Assembly: GCA_965227775.1 (NCBI GenBank)
Contig: OZ245777.1
Coordinates: 224,001 to 288,000 of the forward strand
From: Phycisphaerales bacterium
GTDB taxonomy: Bacteria > Planctomycetota > Phycisphaerae > Phycisphaerales > UBA1924
DNA: 64,000 nt
Direction of reading: 5' to 3'
Shown here: in pieces, positions 57,042 through 64,000 of the stretch
Layout: every line of letters begins with the position of its first letter
Position numbering within the stretch: position 1 is the stretch's first letter
The notes under the pieces: model-generated
Seen by the model: only the letters and a program-made list of their open reading frames with translations
Databases searched by the model: none
What the model was told of the DNA's origin: nothing
Made by a program: the position numbers and the translations under genes

Positions 57042-58287
57042 AGCGCGCTTCCTGGCTGCGGCGGACCTGCATCTGGGTCGGACAGCCAGCCTGCCCGAGG
57101 CGCTGCGCGATCGTTCCCGTGAGCTTGGGCCTTTCGGCGCGCTCGAGCGGTTGGTCGATCTTGCCAGGCGCGAGCGGGTCGACGCGGTGTTGATCGCGGG
57201 CGACGTCGTCGACGATGATGGCGCGTACTTCGAGGTATTCGCCGCGCTGCAGGACGCCGTCGCGAGGCTCGATGGCATCCCGCTCGTCACGATCGCGGGC
57301 AACCACGACGCACGCGTGCTGCCACGCCTGGCCCACGCGATCGACGGGTTGACGCTGCTTGGGGCCGACGGCATGTGGCAATCCGATCACATTGAGACCG
57401 ACATCGGCAGCGTCGAGATCCTCGGCTGGAGCTTTCCCGCACCACATTGCACGGCGTCGCCCTTCGACTCGCCCCCCCCACCGAAGGCGGGGCCCCGCAT
57501 CGGGCTCTTGCACGGCGATGTCGACACGCCCGGCAGCGTGTACGCACCGTTCCGGGCGACAGACCTTCGCGACCACGGCGCCGATGCGTGGTTGCTCGGC
57601 CACGTGCACGCACCATCGCACGCAAGGCTTGGTGCCCAACAGCCAAGCGGCTACCTCGGGAGCCTGTGCGGGCTCGACCCAGGCGAACCGGGGAGCCGCG
57701 GCGCCTGGCTCGTGCGGCTCGACGGATCTCGCACCTCTCTCGAGCACTGCCCGCTCGCCCCGATCGTATGGGAAGGCGTGACCGTTGATTGCGGGACACT
57801 CGGATCGCGTGATCTCGATTCGGCCCTTCAAAAGCAGGCCGAGCAAGCCACGTCGCGCTTCGAGCACGCCTCGGCCGTCGGCGTGCGCATGACACTCACG
57901 GGCGAGCACGAGGCCTGGCGCGAGATCAACGCGCGCGCCCAGGAGATCGAGACCGATCGTCCGTGGCGCAGCGGTGGAGTTTCGGTGTTCATCGAGAAGC
58001 TCGAGGCGTGCGTGACGCCACCGCTGCAACTTGAGCGGCTCGCGGGCGAACGCAACGCGGCCGGGCGTATCGCGACCCTCATCCTCGAACTCCAACGTGG
58101 TGAAGCCGACCAATTGGTGGAAGCAGCTACTCAGGAATTCGCCACCATCGCGAGCAACCGATACCTCCGGCCGCCCGATCTTGGCGAGCGCAGAATCCCG
58201 TTGCACGATGCTCGTCAGATGCTCCAGCGGGAGGCTCGTGCGGTCCTTGGTGAGCTGCTCGCCCAGCATAGCGAAGGGGATCGTTGA
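57034..58287 (+). CDS. Mre11/SbcD-family (YhaO-like) metallophosphoesterase nuclease
   Basis: ADLHLG, IAGDVVD, AGNHD, GLLHG, LGHVH. Confidence 0.92.
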   Translation: MTEARFLAAADLHLGRTASLPEALRDRSRELGPFGALERLVDLARRERVDAVLIAGDVVDDDGAYFEVFAALQDAVARLDGIPLVTIAGNHDARVLPRLAHAIDGLTLLGADGMWQSDHIETDIGSVEILGWSFPAPHCTASPFDSPPPPKAGPRIGLLHGDVDTPGSVYAPFRATDLRDHGADAWLLGHVHAPSHARLGAQQPSGYLGSLCGLDPGEPGSRGAWLVRLDGSRTSLEHCPLAPIVWEGVTVDCGTLGSRDLDSALQKQAEQATSRFEHASAVGVRMTLTGEHEAWREINARAQEIETDRPWRSGGVSVFIEKLEACVTPPLQLERLAGERNAAGRIATLILELQRGEADQLVEAATQEFATIASNRYLRPPDLGERRIPLHDARQMLQREARAVLGELLAQHSEGDR

Positions 58288-61200
58288 TGCGCGTACGCCG
58301 TGTCGAGATCATCTCTAGCGCCGGAATCGATGCAGCGTTCGCGATCGAGGACTTCGATGCCCAGCTGACGGTCATCGAGGGCCGCAACGAGTCTGGAAAG
58401 AGTACCTTGGCGGGCGCCATTCGCGCCCTCTTGTGGCCCGAGCGACATCACCACCTCAGAGCGCGCGGCATCTTCGAGGCTGCCGGCTCCACGCATCGAT
58501 CGTTCGTTGATGCGCATGCTGGCGGCTGGCAGGGCGAAGAGCCCACACTTCCGGACGAGAGCGCCGGGCGGGGCATCATCGTCGGCATCGGCGATCTCTG
58601 GGCCGACGACGCGCACGACGAGGCGATCCGCCAAGCCATGACGCGCGAACTGCACGGCGGCTTCGACTTGCGGTCGCTGCACGAAGCCGCGCGGGCCAAG
58701 ACGCCAACGGCCGCCAAGCGCGAAGCCGAGCAGGCCGAGCGGCGGCTGGGCACGGCGCGGTCGGAAGCAACAGCGCTTATGGCACGCGAGTCGCGCTTAC
58801 CCGAGCTGCGGGAACGCGCCAGAGCGTGTCGCGAACGGGCAGCGAAAGGCGACACCGCCAGGCATGCCATCGAGCGTTTGGACGCGATCGCGACGTTGAC
58901 AGACCTGCGCGCACAACTCGCGAGAATTCCCCCTGGCTCGTTGCGGGTCAATGGGGACGAGGACCAACGACTCCGCGAGATCGCGGGGCAGATCGAAGAC
59001 GAATCCGCGGCAATCGAGCACGAACGCACGACTGCGGCAGAGTCCCGCGATCAGCTGGATGGCCTGGCCCTGCCGGCAGACGGCATCGATGAAGGCGACC
59101 TCGCGGCACTCGCCACCCTTGAGAGCGAATTGCTCGGCCTGGATCGGCAGCGAGTCGAGGCGCAGCGTCGCGTCGAGGAATTGCAGGCAGCGATCGACGC
59201 GACGCCGGCTTCCATGCGATCGCTGGACGACCACTCGATGGGCAAGCTGGAAGCCGCGCTCAACAAGGCTCATGAGGCGCGTGAGCGACGATCACGCGAC
59301 CGGGCGGCAGCCGAAGCTCCCTCGCAGGCCACGGCTCCCGGTACAACCCGTCCATTGATCGTGATCACCATTGCGCTGGTCGTGCTCGCCGGCATGGCGG
59401 CAGGATTCGAGCGGGCGTGGATCGCGCTGGCGCTCTCGGCGGCTTCTCTGGTGAGCGGTCTCGTGTTGTTCGTGCGAACCCAGCCGTCGCCCGACCGATC
59501 AAATGACACTGAGAGTGTGGCAGACCGGAGCGATGCGGCATACCAAGCCGCGATCGAAGAGGTCCGCACCATCGCGGGCGACGATGAGTCGATGCTCTCA
59601 ACGCTCGCGATCGCAACAGCAGCCGATCGGGCGAAGAGATTGGACGCCAAGCAACTCGACCTGCACGCCGCACGGGCGGGCGTCGAGTCGATCAGGTCGC
59701 AGCAGGGCGACGCGTTGCGGCGAGCACTGGACCTGTTGTCGCGCTACGGCCACGCCGAGTGTGAGGGCATTGGCGACCTGAGCCGCATGCGGGCAGACGT
59801 CGAGCGCCGCGGCCGCGAGCACGAGCGGCTGACGCGCGTCACGCTGGAGGCAAACCGCCTGCGCGAACAGGCCGAGCAGCGTCTTGCCAGGGCGACGCAA
59901 CAGCGAAGCGCGTTGCTCGAGCGGATCGGGCTGGCCGAAGATTGCCCCCACGAGCTCAGCGAATGGCTCCGTCTACGCGACGAAGCGCACGCGCTACGCG
60001 ACCAGATCCGCCGGCACGAGGCCGTGCTCGAGCGGCTCGACGCGGCGATCGCTGATGCTCCAGAGCTACTCGAGCTCGATCGCACGGCTCTGGAGGAGCG
60101 AAGCCGAGCGTGTGAGGCGGCCGCGAACGAGGCCGACGAGCTGCGCGAGCAGATCGGTGAGATCGAGGGCCAGATCCGCATCGCTCGAAGCAAGGCGGAT
60201 GTGGGCGAGGCGCTCGCCGATCTCGAGCGAGCCGCCGAACGCGTGGCAGCGGTGCGGGGCGAAGAGTGCGCCAAGGCCGCCCGGCGGCTGATCCTCGAGC
60301 ACGCCGTGGCCAGCGTGCAAGGCGACGACGTGCCGGCCATCGTGCGGCACGCCGATCAGTGGCTGGCCCGGTTCACTGCAAACGCGTACGGCCTGAGGAT
60401 CGAACAAGGCCAGCCGGTCGTCTACGACCTGCGTAGTGGGCGAGAGAAGGAGTACGACGAGCTCTCGACCGGTACGCGCGCCCAGGCGCTGCTGGCCATG
60501 CGCTTGGCGGGCGCGATGGACGCCGAGCGCCGGGCCGGCGTCTCGCCGCTCCCGCTGATTCTCGATGAGCCGCTCGCCACGACCGACGATGCGCGGTTCG
60601 AGGCCGTGTGCCAATCAGTGTTCGAGCTCGCGCGCGAGGGTCGGCAGCTGGTCTATCTCACGTGCGACCCGGGGCATGCCGCGAGGCTCGAGCGGCTCTC
60701 GAACGAGCACGCGCTCTCGTGCACACGCCTGAACCTCGACGAGATCCGTGGCCGGCATGCCGCTGCTCGCGTGCCCGCCTCAGCCCTCTTGGAGCACAAG
60801 CCCGGCCCTTCGCCCGAGACCATGTCTCGCGAGGCCTACTTGGGAGCCATCGGCGTCGGTCCACTTGACCCGTGGCGCGGCGTCGAGACCGTCGACCTGT
60901 ACTACGTGCTCCGGGATGATCTGGCGACCCTGCACGCACTGCGTCAGCGCGAGGTCTCAACCGTGGGTCAGTTGCTCGCACGCCCCGAGTTGGTCGATCG
61001 GCCCGAGATCATCGACGCGTGCCGATGCGCTCAGCGGCTCATCACGGTCTGGCGCCGCGGGCGGTCTCGGCCGGTGACCCCGCGGGACATCCTCGACTCC
61101 GGGGCTGTTTCCGAGCGATACATCGATGCCGCGATCGAACTGAATGACGCAGTCGGCCGCTCGGCCTCGGCGCTGCTCGAGGCCATCGACCGGGGAGAGA

Positions 61201-61442
61201 TCAAGGGCTTCCGCAGTAACAAGGCCGACCAGCTGCGGGCGTACCTCGCGGAACAAGGCCTGCTGCCCGACGCTTTGCCCCTCACGAGGGCAGAATTGCT
61301 CGCCGAGGCGCTAATGGGCGATGTTATAGGTACTTCCAACCAGGATGCATCCCCCATGCTCGCCATGGCGAAGGGCATGTTGGACGTGCTCGACACGGTC
61401 GGCACGTCCGATGGTGAAGCGCTAGCGGAACAGCGAGCGTAA
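58287..61442 (+). CDS. YhaN/SbcE-like SMC-family AAA ATPase with internal TM hairpin
   Basis: Walker A GRNESGKST, long coiled coil, signature LSTGT, Walker B LILDE, QLVYLTC. Overlaps the nuclease stop (TGATG). Confidence 0.88.
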   Translation: MRVRRVEIISSAGIDAAFAIEDFDAQLTVIEGRNESGKSTLAGAIRALLWPERHHHLRARGIFEAAGSTHRSFVDAHAGGWQGEEPTLPDESAGRGIIVGIGDLWADDAHDEAIRQAMTRELHGGFDLRSLHEAARAKTPTAAKREAEQAERRLGTARSEATALMARESRLPELRERARACRERAAKGDTARHAIERLDAIATLTDLRAQLARIPPGSLRVNGDEDQRLREIAGQIEDESAAIEHERTTAAESRDQLDGLALPADGIDEGDLAALATLESELLGLDRQRVEAQRRVEELQAAIDATPASMRSLDDHSMGKLEAALNKAHEARERRSRDRAAAEAPSQATAPGTTRPLIVITIALVVLAGMAAGFERAWIALALSAASLVSGLVLFVRTQPSPDRSNDTESVADRSDAAYQAAIEEVRTIAGDDESMLSTLAIATAADRAKRLDAKQLDLHAARAGVESIRSQQGDALRRALDLLSRYGHAECEGIGDLSRMRADVERRGREHERLTRVTLEANRLREQAEQRLARATQQRSALLERIGLAEDCPHELSEWLRLRDEAHALRDQIRRHEAVLERLDAAIADAPELLELDRTALEERSRACEAAANEADELREQIGEIEGQIRIARSKADVGEALADLERAAERVAAVRGEECAKAARRLILEHAVASVQGDDVPAIVRHADQWLARFTANAYGLRIEQGQPVVYDLRSGREKEYDELSTGTRAQALLAMRLAGAMDAERRAGVSPLPLILDEPLATTDDARFEAVCQSVFELAREGRQLVYLTCDPGHAARLERLSNEHALSCTRLNLDEIRGRHAAARVPASALLEHKPGPSPETMSREAYLGAIGVGPLDPWRGVETVDLYYVLRDDLATLHALRQREVSTVGQLLARPELVDRPEIIDACRCAQRLITVWRRGRSRPVTPRDILDSGAVSERYIDAAIELNDAVGRSASALLEAIDRGEIKGFRSNKADQLRAYLAEQGLLPDALPLTRAELLAEALMGDVIGTSNQDASPMLAMAKGMLDVLDTVGTSDGEALAEQRA

Positions 61443-61609
61443 TCCTCACGACGCGCGAGCCCGGCACGTCGCGGCAATGGCCGAGGCGTGGGCTCGTGGT
61501 ACTTTGATGCGGCGGGCACACCCGCCACCGGCTCTTCCGATCAAATGCCAAACGCAGACCAGTCTGCCAGAGGCGACAAGCCCGGACCGAGCCATCCAGG
61601 GAGGTTTCG

Positions 61610-64000
61610 ATGATGCATTCGAAGATGGGATTGATGCTGGCGTGCGGCCTTGCCGTCGGCTTGGCGTCGACGCTTACGCTCGCCGACGAGGCGCTCGAGG
61701 GACCGGCGGTTTCGCTGCAGGCCTCCAGCGGCGACCACCCCACGCTCGCGTTCAATGGCAAGCCATTCCACGACGCATCAGGCGCCGTCGTCGATCTCGA
61801 GCAAGCCCAGGTGCCCGGCAGCGATGCCGTGCTGATCGCCTGGAAGGAATTGACGGCTCGCGGTGAGGTCGGCTACAGCGCCATCTCGCTGCGCGGCGAC
61901 CGCATCGACCGCGTCTCCGAGACCGACAACACCATCCATCTTCGCTACGCGGAATTCGATCCTGACGTGTTCACGCCCGCCGTGCCGGCCGATCTTTCGG
62001 CCGCTGCGGGCAACGACGCGTACATCGTGCAGTTCATCGGCCAGCCGGTGTGGGCCGCCGACAAGGCTCTCGAGGCCGCGGGCGCGGCGATCCTTCGCCC
62101 GCTGCACGACCACGCCCGCATCGTTCGCATGGATGCCACCGCGAAGGCCGCGGTCGAGGCCATGGGCATCGTCCGCTGGGTGGGCGCTTACCACCCGGCG
62201 TACAAGCTTGAGGAAGAGATCCTCCAGCCGATGATGCTCGGCGGTTCGTTCGCCGACTTCGGCGCACGCTACTCGATCGAGTTGCTCACCGATGGCGATG
62301 CCGCGATGGACCGCATGGTGCAGCGCATCCAGGAGATTGGCGCGACTGTGGAACTGACCGTACCGCAGGTCGGCCGCCTCGAGGCAACACTGACACCCGC
62401 GCAGATCCGCATGGTCGTGGCAAACAGCGACGTGCTCTTTATGGATCGCTGGCAGGCGCCCGAGACCGACATGAGCATCGCCCGCTCCATCGGTGGTGCC
62501 AACTACATCGAGGGCATCACCGGCTTCTCGGGCGAGGGCGTCCGTGCTGAGGTGATGGACAGCGGCATCCGCCAGGATCACCAGGAGTTCTCGACCAACC
62601 CGCCGCTGATGCACACCAGCTCGGGCGTCGATAGCCACGGCACCAGCACGTACAGCATCAACTTCGCGCGTGGAGCCTCTGGCGCAGCCCGCGGCATGGT
62701 GCCCGATGCACAGGGCATCTTCGCCAGCTACAACTTCACTGGAAACCGCTATGCGCACACCGCGCAGCTCATCAATCCCTCGCTGCCGTACCGCGCCGTG
62801 TACCAGTCCAACAGCTGGGGCAGTGGCCTGACCACGACCTACACGACCAGCAGCAGCGAGATGGACCGCATCATCTTCGATCAGGACATCCTGATCACGC
62901 AGAGCCAGTCGAACCAGGGCAGCCAGCAGTCTCGTCCGCAGGCGTGGGCCAAGAACATCGTGTCGGTCGGTGGCGTGTTCCACCGCAACACGCTGTCGAA
63001 GGCAGATGACTGCTGGTGCGGCGGCGCCAGCCGTGGGCCCGCATCGGACGGCCGCGTAAAGCCCGACCTCACCCACTTTTACGACTTCACCCGCGCGGCA
63101 ACGAGTTCGAGCCGCACGGCCTACACCGAGTTCAGCGGCACGAGCGGCGCAACGCCGATCGTGGCCGGCCACTTCGGCCTGCTCTTCCAGATGTGGGGCG
63201 AGGGTGTGTTTAACAACCCGACCTCGGGCGGCGATGTGTTCGAAGAGAAGCCTCGCTTCACGACCGCCAAGGCCATGATGATCGCCTCTGCCGAACCGTA
63301 CAACTTCACCGGTACGAGCATCGCCAACGACAAGGCCCGAGCCAAGCAGGGCTGGGGTATGCCTGACCTGCGATCGCTCTATGACAGCCGCGATGAGGTC
63401 TTCATCGTCGACGAAGCCGACGTGATTGAAGAACTTGAGACGGCAGTCTACCCGCTCAAGGTCTCCGCTGGCACGCCCGCGCTGCGTACGACGCTGACGT
63501 GGGCCGACCGCCAAGGCACGACCTCGAGCACCGTGCACCGCATCAACAACCTCGACCTGAAGGTGACCTCGCCCAGCGGCCAGGTCTATTGGGGCAACAA
63601 CGGCCTCAACGGCGGCATCTGGAGCACGGCGGGCGGCTCGGCCAACACGGTCGACACCGTTGAAAACGTGTTCGTGCAGAACCCCGAGGCCGGCACGTGG
63701 ACCGTCGAGGTCATCGCCGCCGACCTCAATACCGACGGCCACCGCGAGACCTCGACCCGCGACGCAGACTTCGCGCTCGTCGTCATGGGCACCGACGGTC
63801 TGGCCGCCGCCTTCGAGCTCCCGTTTGAGGATGACTTCCCGAGCCTCACGCTCGACACCGAGAAGTGGACCGAGGTCTCGGGCAGCATCGCGCCCACGAC
63901 GCTCGGCCTCAACCCGCCGAGCGAGCCCTACAGCGTCCTGCTGTTCAACGACTCGACGCTCTCTTCGGCGCGGATCAACGCTCCGTCGTCGCTGCTGCCC
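61610..64000 (+). CDS. exported S8 subtilisin-like serine protease, 3'-truncated by window end
   Basis: Absent from the ORF track because no stop falls in the window. Read by hand: RBS GGGAGG, MMHSKMGLMLACGLAVGLA, triad GEGVRAEVMDSG / SHGTST / FSGTSGATP, DGRVKPDL, QGWG, then TLTWAD...NNLDLKV...VENV beta-domain. Confidence 0.92.
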   Translation, partial: MMHSKMGLMLACGLAVGLASTLTLADEALEGPAVSLQASSGDHPTLAFNGKPFHDASGAVVDLEQAQVPGSDAVLIAWKELTARGEVGYSAISLRGDRIDRVSETDNTIHLRYAEFDPDVFTPAVPADLSAAAGNDAYIVQFIGQPVWAADKALEAAGAAILRPLHDHARIVRMDATAKAAVEAMGIVRWVGAYHPAYKLEEEILQPMMLGGSFADFGARYSIELLTDGDAAMDRMVQRIQEIGATVELTVPQVGRLEATLTPAQIRMVVANSDVLFMDRWQAPETDMSIARSIGGANYIEGITGFSGEGVRAEVMDSGIRQDHQEFSTNPPLMHTSSGVDSHGTSTYSINFARGASGAARGMVPDAQGIFASYNFTGNRYAHTAQLINPSLPYRAVYQSNSWGSGLTTTYTTSSSEMDRIIFDQDILITQSQSNQGSQQSRPQAWAKNIVSVGGVFHRNTLSKADDCWCGGASRGPASDGRVKPDLTHFYDFTRAATSSSRTAYTEFSGTSGATPIVAGHFGLLFQMWGEGVFNNPTSGGDVFEEKPRFTTAKAMMIASAEPYNFTGTSIANDKARAKQGWGMPDLRSLYDSRDEVFIVDEADVIEELETAVYPLKVSAGTPALRTTLTWADRQGTTSSTVHRINNLDLKVTSPSGQVYWGNNGLNGGIWSTAGGSANTVDTVENVFVQNPEAGTWTVEVIAADLNTDGHRETSTRDADFALVVMGTDGLAAAFELPFEDDFPSLTLDTEKWTEVSGSIAPTTLGLNPPSEPYSVLLFNDSTLSSARINAPSSLLP

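Overview
GC-rich bacterial chromosome segment, very probably a planctomycete of the class Phycisphaerae (inferred from five proteins ending in the same 'C-x-x-D-x-D-x-D-G...FDFL..Q..F..GC' dockerin-like tail, DUF1573, Ala(-1) prepilins and an excisionase-HTH/receiver regulator). It holds about 51 CDS and two tRNA-Leu genes. I found no CRISPR array, transposase, integrase or phage genes. Housekeeping genes include recA, glmS, thiG, recJ, ribD, ispG, rpsR, gdhA, ygfZ and msrC. Accessory modules are: an exported 1449-aa GH38 alpha-mannosidase divergent from a self-contained fructose-family PTS (IIC, IIB, HPr-EI-IIA fusion); a crtI/crtN-family desaturase with a divergent aldehyde dehydrogenase; a pilin/secretin/TPR-lipoprotein cluster whose secretin carries a second N0-like domain at its C-terminus; a DUF1573-rhodanese-MauE Cys-motif trio; an SbcD/YhaO plus YhaN-like ATPase pair behind a polytopic membrane protein; and an S8 protease running off the right end. 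Non-coding signals include a palindrome over the recA -35 box, TANNNT boxes 5-7 nt before ten start codons (suggesting leaderless mRNAs), and a symmetric 22-bp bidirectional promoter between crtI and the aldehyde dehydrogenase. All product calls come from motif recognition by eye; no database search was run.
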